Below, piece by piece: positions 18,221-25,321 of a DNA stretch of 37,640 bases; the first letter of the stretch is position 1; every line of letters starts with the position of its first letter. This DNA is from a virus. Its lineage: Duplodnaviria > Caudoviricetes. A program made the translations under genes and the position numbers. The DNA lies in the IMG/VR virus record IMGVR_UViG_3300020045_007473, positions 1-37,640 of that record. The stretch is one strand, 5' to 3'. The notes beneath the pieces are model-generated. The model did no database searches and was not told the DNA's origin. It saw nothing but the letters and a program-made list of their open reading frames with translations.

Positions 18221-18295
18221 GGGGAGGGGTCATGGTTTATTTTGCCAAAGGTTCTCCAAGATTAAATGAGTCGCCCGAACTCGCCCTCCCTTTTT
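18221..18295 (+). terminator. branched terminator or attenuator-like structure
   Basis: GGGAGGG (18222-28) pairs with CCCTCCC (18284-90), then T5; small internal hairpins. Confidence 0.45.
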
Positions 18296-18327
18296 AAATT
18301 TAACTTTAAATTAAAATTCAATTAGTA

Positions 18328-18975
18328 ATGGCAAAAGAACTCCCATACTTTCAATTTGAGCCTGCTCAATATCTTACAGGGGATATACAATTTTGTTCAC
18401 TGGCTGCGCAGGGACTTTTCGCAAATATTTGTTCTATGTACTGGCAGCGAGCCTGCGATTTAACCTTTGATCAGCTGAATAAAAAATACAAGGAACACAA
18501 AGATCTTCTGGACGAACTGGTTAAAAGTTATGTTCTTAAAAAAGATGGCGACAATGTACTGATCGAATTCTTAAATGAACAGTATAAAACAATCAGTGAA
18601 AGAAGGGATAAACATATTGAAGCAGGTCGCATCGGTGGATTGAAAAGTGCTCAAGCAAGAATGAAGCGTGGTCCAATCAAAGCATCACCTCCATTGATAA
18701 AAATAGAACCTGATTACCCATTCAAGACCGAGCGATTTAAAAAGCACTGGATTGAATATGTTTCACACAGGGCAAAGAAGCGCAGTAAGATCACAGAAGA
18801 ATCCGCTGCCAAGTTATTTAAGAAATTTAAAAAGTACACTGAAGATCAGGTCTGCGAAGCGATTACACTTTGCATAGAAAGCGGATGGACTGGAGTATTC
18901 CCGAAGCACGATGAAAAGAAAGTTTCCAAGATAATTCCAACAGACACTGAATATAAAATACCACAAAACAAATGA
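18328..18975 (+). CDS. replication initiator (DUF1376/YdaU-like N-terminus)
   Basis: ELPYFQFEPAQYL...AQGLF...YW...AGRIGG; C-terminal W..Y..HR...AI...IESGWTGVF; coupled to a helicase loader. Confidence 0.75.
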   Translation: MAKELPYFQFEPAQYLTGDIQFCSLAAQGLFANICSMYWQRACDLTFDQLNKKYKEHKDLLDELVKSYVLKKDGDNVLIEFLNEQYKTISERRDKHIEAGRIGGLKSAQARMKRGPIKASPPLIKIEPDYPFKTERFKKHWIEYVSHRAKKRSKITEESAAKLFKKFKKYTEDQVCEAITLCIESGWTGVFPKHDEKKVSKIIPTDTEYKIPQNK

Positions 18976-19715
18976 GTACTGTAATAGAGTTCGCAGAAGG
19001 CATGACGTTGAAGGCGAAATTCGTTTCATACGCGAAGTATTGCATCGAAGGTGGATACCAGTTCAGTTCCGATACTCGGACGCAGTTATCGGGCTTATTT
19101 CATTGCATAGAGAATACGAATCAGGGTGCTGTTGTTTACGGTAAAACAGGAACAGGCAAAACAATCTTGTTCCAGATGCTTGGCAGAATCATTCACCCGA
19201 AGGATCCACTGGCATTTAAGTTCAGAAATTCTCTGGACATCGTTTTAGATTTCAACATTACTGGTCACGAGATATTTAACAAAGACAATTCAGTGAACGT
19301 GTTAATTGACGATCTCGGAGCAGAGGATAAAGGTGTTCACTTTGGTGATCGCGTTGAAGTGTTTGAAAGATATATTCAAAAGCGATACGACCTATGGAAG
19401 TTGAACGGAGTGCGCACTTACTTCACTACGAACATGACTCCAGAAAAAATCACTGAACGATATGGAACAAGAGTATGGAGCAGACTTGAAGAAATGTGCC
19501 AACACTTTTTAATCAACGATTCAGACAAAAGGAATTTAAAAAACTTCAAGTCATTCCCAACGGTGCTGCATCGTAAAACAAAAGACGAACAGGAATGGGA
19601 CAGGCTTTATAAAGAGCACAAAGAGCAGGCAAAGTTGAAGGAATATAAACAACCCCCGACACTGGGCGAAAGATTAAAGAATCAATTCAAAGAATCATTT
19701 GGTGAATTTGAATAA
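18972..19715 (+). CDS. DnaC/IstB-like AAA+ ATPase (helicase loader)
   Basis: GKTGTGKT, LIDDLGAE, TTN, YGTRVWSRLEEM. Confidence 0.85.
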   Translation: MSTVIEFAEGMTLKAKFVSYAKYCIEGGYQFSSDTRTQLSGLFHCIENTNQGAVVYGKTGTGKTILFQMLGRIIHPKDPLAFKFRNSLDIVLDFNITGHEIFNKDNSVNVLIDDLGAEDKGVHFGDRVEVFERYIQKRYDLWKLNGVRTYFTTNMTPEKITERYGTRVWSRLEEMCQHFLINDSDKRNLKNFKSFPTVLHRKTKDEQEWDRLYKEHKEQAKLKEYKQPPTLGERLKNQFKESFGEFE

Positions 19716-19727
19716 AAAAATAACACC

Positions 19728-20012
19728 ATGACAAAACGAGCAAAGCAATGGAAGAATGTTCTTGAAACGTTTCATGGGGAAAGGCTAAGAGGTCGCGCGA
19801 GTGGAATATGTAGGACGATATTTTTAGTTGAGCGCATGTTAGATAAAGATTGCTTGCTTCTTATTGATGAACTTTTTTATACATTCAATAAAGATGCAGA
19901 TGAAGATATATGGATTTTCGGATTTCCATTTTCGGCAGACGAAATTAGAAGGGAAACGTCAGCAGACGAGCGTGAAACGGCAATATGTTTATTAATAGCG
20001 ATTAACTCTTAA
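19728..20012 (+). CDS. hypothetical protein
   Basis: ORF in accessory run. Confidence 0.55.
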   Translation: MTKRAKQWKNVLETFHGERLRGRASGICRTIFLVERMLDKDCLLLIDELFYTFNKDADEDIWIFGFPFSADEIRRETSADERETAICLLIAINS

Positions 20013-20023
20013 ACCAAAAACAA

Positions 20024-20290
20024 ATGACAAAGCTACCAACAGCGAAATCATTTATAATCGAAAAGGCTAAATCTAATCCTTTAATGAAAGGAATGGAAAC
20101 CAATATTGGACTATGCGAATTGCTTGATGAATATGCCAACTTAAAATCAGAATACTACGTAACCGAAGCCTTGAAAGCAGCAAGTGAGAGTGCTGTTATA
20201 TTTATGCCAACTCACGCTCATTTACATGGCTCTAAGAATGTTAGCAAAGATTCAATCCTCAACTCTTACCCACTAACTAATATAAAATGA
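20024..20290 (+). CDS. hypothetical protein
   Basis: LPTA...ALKAASE...KDSILNSYPLTNIK, a small-gene type I associate with Bacteroidota phages. Confidence 0.65.
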   Translation: MTKLPTAKSFIIEKAKSNPLMKGMETNIGLCELLDEYANLKSEYYVTEALKAASESAVIFMPTHAHLHGSKNVSKDSILNSYPLTNIK

Positions 20291-20448
20291 ATATGAAAGA
20301 ACCTGATATACTCGATAAAAAATATTCCTACTTTCACAAAAAGGCAGGAAAGAGATTTCTAAACAACCAGCTTTACGCGAAGGATGTAAAGAAATATAAT
20401 GAGTGGCTTGCATCTCAACCCAAAAGCGAACCTATTAAAACCAACTAA
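20287..20448 (+). CDS. 53-aa hypothetical protein (not in ORF track)
   Basis: ATGA overlap; MNMKEPDILDKKYSYF...; fills the gap. Confidence 0.55.
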   Translation: MNMKEPDILDKKYSYFHKKAGKRFLNNQLYAKDVKKYNEWLASQPKSEPIKTN

Positions 20449-20453
20449 CAACT

Positions 20454-20996
20454 ATGCAACTACACAAACTACCGCAGGGATTTATTGTTACAAGCGATGA
20501 ACCTATAAATAAAGGAGATTATTATTTTACAGATGGTGAAGTATTTATGAGAATGACTCAAAATGGTGCTATTTCATCGTATGCAATAAAAGTTACTTAC
20601 CAAGAACCCAACATCATACTCTCCTCTTTATCAGAAGCAGAACAGAATGTGATTGGATATTGGGATATAGAAGCATTCGCTCGTTCTTATTTAAAGGAGT
20701 GTCAAGATAAACTTTATGGCACAGGCACGCAGACCACTCACCCAATGTATAGGAACTCTTTAGATGTTCTTAATGGAGTTGTAAAAGGTGCGCACAAAAT
20801 GAATGAACTCCTATCTGATAGAATGTTTACTAAACAAGATATGGGAAAGGCTTATACAGAAGGGTGGCAAGATAGGGTATTTTCATCGGGGTATCAAAAA
20901 GATGTAGATGAATATCTCCAATCCCTCACTCCACAATCATGGAAGATAGAAGCTATTGAAGAAGATGGCAAAATTAAAGTTTTAAAATTGATATAG
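20454..20996 (+). CDS. hypothetical protein
   Basis: VTSDEPINKGDYY motif, 180 aa. Confidence 0.65.
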   Translation: MQLHKLPQGFIVTSDEPINKGDYYFTDGEVFMRMTQNGAISSYAIKVTYQEPNIILSSLSEAEQNVIGYWDIEAFARSYLKECQDKLYGTGTQTTHPMYRNSLDVLNGVVKGAHKMNELLSDRMFTKQDMGKAYTEGWQDRVFSSGYQKDVDEYLQSLTPQSWKIEAIEEDGKIKVLKLI

Positions 20997-20998
20997 TT

Positions 20999-21202
20999 AT
21001 GACAAATGAAATTTTCTCAGAAGAACAATTACAAAAAATAAAAGAAACGGAAAACTTCCTTAAAGAAGCATTTTGCATAGATGGCAAGTGTTCTTATATT
21101 GAAGATGTTAGAATAAATAGCGCCTTAAAAAATACAGTAGGTATGTTATATATTTTAAATGATACAAATCGTGGAATGTTCTTTGTAATAATAGGTAAAT
21201 AA
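20999..21202 (+). CDS. hypothetical protein
   Basis: Tightly packed ORF. Confidence 0.5.
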   Translation: MTNEIFSEEQLQKIKETENFLKEAFCIDGKCSYIEDVRINSALKNTVGMLYILNDTNRGMFFVIIGK

Positions 21203-21228
21203 AATAAAAGTGCTAAAATTATTGTAAG

Positions 21229-21435
21229 ATGGAAGTATTTAATGTAAAAGATAAATTGCCTAATGTAGAACATGGAAGTTATTTAGTGTATGCACCAAAG
21301 AATTTTCCCAAAAATAGTAGATGGTTAGTAGCTGAATATTATAATGATGTGAAAGGATTTTATAGTGAGTCCTCTGAGGAATTTTTAGATGATATTACGC
21401 ATTGGTGTGAGCTTCCTAATGATCCAAAATTATGA
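21229..21435 (+). CDS. DUF551-like protein
   Basis: VKDKLP...YLV...ITHWCELPNDP. Confidence 0.75.
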   Translation: MEVFNVKDKLPNVEHGSYLVYAPKNFPKNSRWLVAEYYNDVKGFYSESSEEFLDDITHWCELPNDPKL

Positions 21436-21659
21436 AAACAGAATTTTATTTAATTTATCTAATTGGTTTTCTGATAACGTATGGTATAATCGTTTGGAAA
21501 AACATTAAACCCCCTAACGGCAAATTAGGAATTTGGATGTGTTTTGTATGGCCAGTAGTATGGATTGCAGCAACTGCTGTATCTTTGTTTTTCTTCTTAG
21601 TATTATTTGAACCTAAATTTAAAAGAAAAAACCCTAAAAATAGAAAAGATGAAAGCTAA
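21432..21659 (+). CDS. small membrane protein
   Basis: Two hydrophobic segments, WP motif. Confidence 0.6.
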   Translation: MKTEFYLIYLIGFLITYGIIVWKNIKPPNGKLGIWMCFVWPVVWIAATAVSLFFFLVLFEPKFKRKNPKNRKDES

Positions 21660-21795
21660 AAAATTAAATCAAGATGACAGGGAAAAAATGTCTAACAGGC
21701 TTTGGAATAAGTTAGTAAAAGAACTGTCTAAGTTGAATGACAATAATTACACAGCAAGAAAGATATTTGAATATGTAGAAAGGCAAAGGCGTTAA
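21649..21795 (+). CDS. small hypothetical protein
   Basis: MKAKKLNQDDREKMSNRLW...; ATG start preferred over the upstream TTG. Confidence 0.5.
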   Translation: MKAKKLNQDDREKMSNRLWNKLVKELSKLNDNNYTARKIFEYVERQRR

Positions 21796-21805
21796 AACAG
21801 AGATA

Positions 21806-21958
21806 ATGAAAAAGAGGAAATTGATTGGCTCAAAAATATGCCCTACCTGTTGGAATAGTAGAAAGGTTACTATTTATGAAAATGGAGGATTTGAGTATAA
21901 GGGTAAGCCGTATAAAATAAAATGTCCTACTTGTAGTCCGATTAAACCAAAACACTAA
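21806..21958 (+). CDS. 50-aa zinc-ribbon protein (not in ORF track)
   Basis: MKKRKLIGSKICPTCWNSRK...KIKCPTCSPIKPKH, two CPTC motifs. Confidence 0.6.
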   Translation: MKKRKLIGSKICPTCWNSRKVTIYENGGFEYKGKPYKIKCPTCSPIKPKH

Positions 21959-22005
21959 AACTGATATAAGATGAACCTACTCGAAACATCAGACGAAAGA
22001 TTAAA

Positions 22006-22267
22006 GCATAACGGTTTCGGGCTAAGAGAAGTTTAAACCTTTTGTGCGGTGGGGTTACACTGCATTAACAATATAAATACAAAAAAGATGAAAGCAATGA
22101 CAAAAAATGAGTTCAGAGAATTTGCAAAAGTGCGTGGATTTGCGGTGGCATATTCAGGCAAGTTGAAAAAGTTTTTTATGCGTAAAGTTTCGCAAATGAA
22201 CGTGAATGAAATTATAAACTCTAAGTGCGTTGGCAAGGTTTAAATTTCTTCTTAGCCCGTGTTATAA
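22006..22267 (+). repeat. attC-like site 1 (262 bp, ORF in loop)
   Basis: GCATAAC; arms 22018-22041 and 22235-22259 pair over 24 bp with one bulge; GTTATAA. Confidence 0.75.
22088..22243 (+). CDS. 51-aa basic protein inside the loop of site 1
   Basis: A-rich leader then MKAMTKNEFREFAKVRGFAVAYSGK...; stop lies in the right arm. Confidence 0.55.
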   Translation: MKAMTKNEFREFAKVRGFAVAYSGKLKKFFMRKVSQMNVNEIINSKCVGKV

Positions 22268-22311
22268 GCTGATTGCATTGTGCGGTCGGCTTATAGCGGA
22301 GGGCAATTTGC

Positions 22312-22447
22312 TTATAACGTAATTGCTTGCCGAAGGGCAGGTAATAGAATTAATTAGTTCAATAGCAAATTAGAAAAAAGATGATAGATGTTACAAATGA
22401 TGCCAGCGGTTCCGTCAGCCTGCCTTTTGGCAAGCAAACTGTTGTAG
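22312..22447 (+). repeat. attC-like site 2 (136 bp)
   Basis: TTATAAC; arms 22323-22341 and 22419-22437 (19 bp); GTTGTAG. Confidence 0.8.
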
Positions 22448-23076
22448 GCAGTACGGTTATCCTGGGAGATTGTGTCGAAGTTATGAAAGGGTTTGAGGAC
22501 AATCAGTTTGACTTGGCAATCGTTGACCCTGAATATGGTATCAATGCGGCTTTAAAGACTTCATATCATGCCAATGCTTTGACTAATTACACAAAAAAAC
22601 ATTGGGATAAAAAGATACCCGATGAAACATATTTTGCAGAACTTTTTAGAGTAAGCAAACATCAAATAATTTGGGGTGGCAATTACTTCATTCCTTTTTT
22701 ACCTGCCACAAGGTGTTTTTTAGTATGGGATAAAGGCGAAGGTTTTTACAATAGAACTTATGCTGAATGTGAACTTGCTTGGACTTCATTTGATAAAAAC
22801 ACAAACAAGATAAAATTTGACCCATTGGCAAAAGGAAGCTATAAAGGCAAAATACACCCAACTCAAAAGCCTGTTGAATTGTATGACTACTGCTATTCAT
22901 TTGCTGGATTAGAAGAAGGTGCAAAAGTTTTAGATACAAATTTAGGGTCAGGCTCAAGCCGTATCAGTGCCAATAAAGCAAAGTTAAATTTTGTCGGTTG
23001 TGAGATTGACAAAGAATATTATGATAAACAAGAAAAAAGATATGCAAATTTCATTAGTCAGCTCCGTTTATGGTAG
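22381..23076 (+). CDS. DNA N6-adenine/N4-cytosine methyltransferase (beta class)
   Basis: GDC...FDLAIVDPEYG (DPPY variant)...HPTQKPVELY...VLDTNLGSGSS...GCEIDKEY. Confidence 0.9.
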   Translation: MIDVTNDASGSVSLPFGKQTVVGSTVILGDCVEVMKGFEDNQFDLAIVDPEYGINAALKTSYHANALTNYTKKHWDKKIPDETYFAELFRVSKHQIIWGGNYFIPFLPATRCFLVWDKGEGFYNRTYAECELAWTSFDKNTNKIKFDPLAKGSYKGKIHPTQKPVELYDYCYSFAGLEEGAKVLDTNLGSGSSRISANKAKLNFVGCEIDKEYYDKQEKRYANFISQLRLW

Positions 23077-23094
23077 GGTGTCTTTTGGAATTGC

Positions 23095-23227
23095 CTACAA
23101 CGTATCGGTGCTATACGGTGTGGCGGATTTTAATCACAAAAGTTTAATCCGAAGCACCAAAGTTGAATTTAAAATAAATGTTTAACCGAAGCACGTCAGC
23201 CGCCATATTGTATAGCACTTGTTAGCG
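23095..23227 (+). repeat. attC-like site 3 (133 bp)
   Basis: CTACAAC; arms 23108-23126 and 23200-23218 (19 bp); GTTAGCG. Confidence 0.8.
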
Positions 23228-23255
23228 GCTGCCCTTCTTCACAAATCGAAATAAA

Positions 23256-23483
23256 ATGACAGAAGAACAAATTAAAGAGCTTGGTTGGAAACTCGTTAAA
23301 CAATACAACCACGACCAATACTATACTAATCGCTACAAACTTGGATGTATGGAAATTGAGTTTACTTATGAGGGTAAAGAATTGCTTACTCACGATGTAA
23401 CGATTTCAGAATTGAACTGTATGCCAATTTCATTCAACCAAGCGAAACTGTTAACGGAACTTCTCGGACACTGGTCTGAATAG
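23256..23483 (+). CDS. hypothetical cassette protein
   Basis: MTEEQIKELGW...; fills cassette C and the stop abuts the cassette end. Confidence 0.7.
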   Translation: MTEEQIKELGWKLVKQYNHDQYYTNRYKLGCMEIEFTYEGKELLTHDVTISELNCMPISFNQAKLLTELLGHWSE

Positions 23484-23489
23484 GGTTGC

Positions 23490-23587
23490 CGCTAACGGGC
23501 GAATGCTTGTTTAGTTTGGCCGCTTTGAAATGCCGACCTGTCCACGGAGAACCGAACCGGCCAAATTGAACAAGCATGGTGTTATGA
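23490..23587 (+). repeat. attC-like site 4 (98 bp)
   Basis: CGCTAAC; arms 23503-23522 and 23558-23577 (20 bp); GTTATGA. Confidence 0.8.
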
Positions 23588-23617
23588 ACAGTTGCCGACT
23601 TTACAGATACAGAACCT

Positions 23618-24772
23618 ATGAAACACGAACAGAGTATTAATAATTTTTTTATGAGCGATGGCAAAAAGGCCGATAGGCCAAAACACCTTTTCCCCTACAG
23701 ATGGACGTTGAAAGATGCAGTATTTACCAAAGACAAAGGAACTGTATTTTCTTGTTTTGCTTGTGGTGGTGGTTCAACTATGGGCTATAAGCTGGCCGGG
23801 TTTGATGTAATCGGCTGCAATGAGATTGACCCTAAAATGATTCAAGCCTACAAAACCAACCATAACCCAAAATTTGCCTATCTGGAGCCAATACAGACCT
23901 TTAAACTGAGGCAAGATTTACCGGAGGAATTGTATAGCCTGGATATTTTGGATGGTTCACCGCCTTGCAGTAGCTTCTCAATGGCCGGAAACCGGGAATC
24001 TGATTGGGGCAAAGAAAAGGTTTTCCGGGAAGGGCAGGCCGAACAGGTTTTGGATACCTTGTTTTTTGACTTCATAGACCTTGCCAAAAAATTGCAGCCC
24101 AAAGTTGTGATAGCTGAAAATGTGAAAGGCTTAATGTTAGGTGAAGCAAAACAATATGTTCGTAAAATTTACACTGCTTTTCAGGATGCTGGCTATCAAT
24201 TAAGAATAACACCTTACTTGTTGGATGCTTCAAAAATGGGTGTACCTCAAAAACGGGAAAGGGTTTTCTTTGTGGCTCTAAGAAATGATTTAGCCGGGCA
24301 ATTCATGGAACAAATAGATATGTTTCAATCAGCTCCTAAATTGGATTTGAATTTTGATGAACCTGAAATTTCCTTTGAGGAAGCTACTAAAGACTTCTGG
24401 GATTTAGATTTTCAAAAAAATAGTATCGAGAAATATGCAGTTGGCAAAGAATGGTTAACATTAAAAGAAGGGGAACAATCAGAAAAATATTTCCAACTTA
24501 TAAGACTAGATAGAAATAAGGTTTGCCCTACAATTGTAGCGAGTTCCCAAAATAGTAGTACGGCAAGTATTACCCACCCGTTTTTATGTAGGAAACTTAA
24601 TAATAACGAATTTTGTAGTTTAGGAACTTACCCACAAGATTATAATTTTAAAGATAATTTGGCTGGTTATTTAATTGGAATGTCTGTTCCACCTTTGATG
24701 ACTGCCCAGATAGCTACACAAGTTTACCAACAATGGCTTTGCTGCATTAAAGGGGAGGAAAAAAATTATTAA
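23618..24772 (+). CDS. DNA cytosine-5 methyltransferase
   Basis: FACGGG, GSPPCSSFS, ENVKG, PQKRERVFF, GMSVPP motifs. Confidence 0.95.
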   Translation: MKHEQSINNFFMSDGKKADRPKHLFPYRWTLKDAVFTKDKGTVFSCFACGGGSTMGYKLAGFDVIGCNEIDPKMIQAYKTNHNPKFAYLEPIQTFKLRQDLPEELYSLDILDGSPPCSSFSMAGNRESDWGKEKVFREGQAEQVLDTLFFDFIDLAKKLQPKVVIAENVKGLMLGEAKQYVRKIYTAFQDAGYQLRITPYLLDASKMGVPQKRERVFFVALRNDLAGQFMEQIDMFQSAPKLDLNFDEPEISFEEATKDFWDLDFQKNSIEKYAVGKEWLTLKEGEQSEKYFQLIRLDRNKVCPTIVASSQNSSTASITHPFLCRKLNNNEFCSLGTYPQDYNFKDNLAGYLIGMSVPPLMTAQIATQVYQQWLCCIKGEEKNY

Positions 24773-24871
24773 TACGGTGATGACCTACGCCCTGTCCTAC
24801 GAAGAACGCACTAAGGCAATTGTTCATAACTACTAAATTACTGCAAGTTTTGTTATATCTTTAAAATTAAT

Positions 24872-24884
24872 TATCAATACATTA
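24872..24884 (+). promoter_or_regulatory. IHF-consensus-like site
   Basis: TATCAATACATTA matches WATCAANNNNTTR, about 40 bp after the array end. Confidence 0.4.
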
Positions 24885-24891
24885 CCTATAA

Positions 24892-25104
24892 ATGACCATT
24901 GAAATTTACACCTTCAAAACAACCAACGAAATCTATTCAGATATGAATGGTAATTTTTACAGGATGTCCGATGATTTACCGCTTCCAAAAGTTTATCAGA
25001 ACGGAAGGATAGCAATCAGGGATAAAAATAAGTTTTACGGAATAAAGAGATTGAGATTAAGCGCAATAAAGTCAAACAAAGAATTAAAAGATTGCCCATT
25101 TTAA
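24892..25104 (+). CDS. hypothetical protein
   Basis: ORF ending in DCPF. Confidence 0.55.
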   Translation: MTIEIYTFKTTNEIYSDMNGNFYRMSDDLPLPKVYQNGRIAIRDKNKFYGIKRLRLSAIKSNKELKDCPF

Positions 25105-25105
25105 A

Positions 25106-25321
25106 ATGATCAAGCTACAAAAGAATACTGGCAACGGAGGGGCGAAATTAAAATATCCGATCAACACACTTTACAAAGTTGGAAACAGTTTTGAAGTGCG
25201 ATGCGCAAAAGCAAGATTAAAAACAACCGTCACCAGTTGGATGCTTCGTCATAGTAAAGATTGGATAGTTGAATTTGAATCACTGCCGAACGGCAAAACA
25301 AAAGTCACACGAATAAAATGA
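25106..25321 (+). CDS. hypothetical small DNA-binding-like protein
   Basis: KYP...VGNSFEV...VTRIK. Confidence 0.6.
   Translation: MIKLQKNTGNGGAKLKYPINTLYKVGNSFEVRCAKARLKTTVTSWMLRHSKDWIVEFESLPNGKTKVTRIK

Larger units (their letters stand above)
22006..24830 (+). mobile_element. integron-like gene cassette array (4 attC-like sites, 4 cassettes, no integrase in window)
   Basis: Alternating YAAC...hairpin...GTTR sites; each cassette start is the reverse complement of its own end. Confidence 0.75.

Noticed and set aside
22991-23664. ORFs 22991-23185 (+), 23196-23393 (-) and 23434-23664 (-)
   Set aside because: They cross recombination-site arms and overlap real genes; most likely by-products.
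23634-24775. Insertion sequence defined by the 17-bp inverted repeats
   Set aside because: The enclosed gene is a methyltransferase, there is no transposase, and no target-site duplication is evident.
22006-24830. CRISPR array or simple terminators as an explanation for the repeated hairpins
   Set aside because: Repeats are not identical, spacing is 58-1250 bp, loops are large, no U-tracts follow and there are no cas genes.
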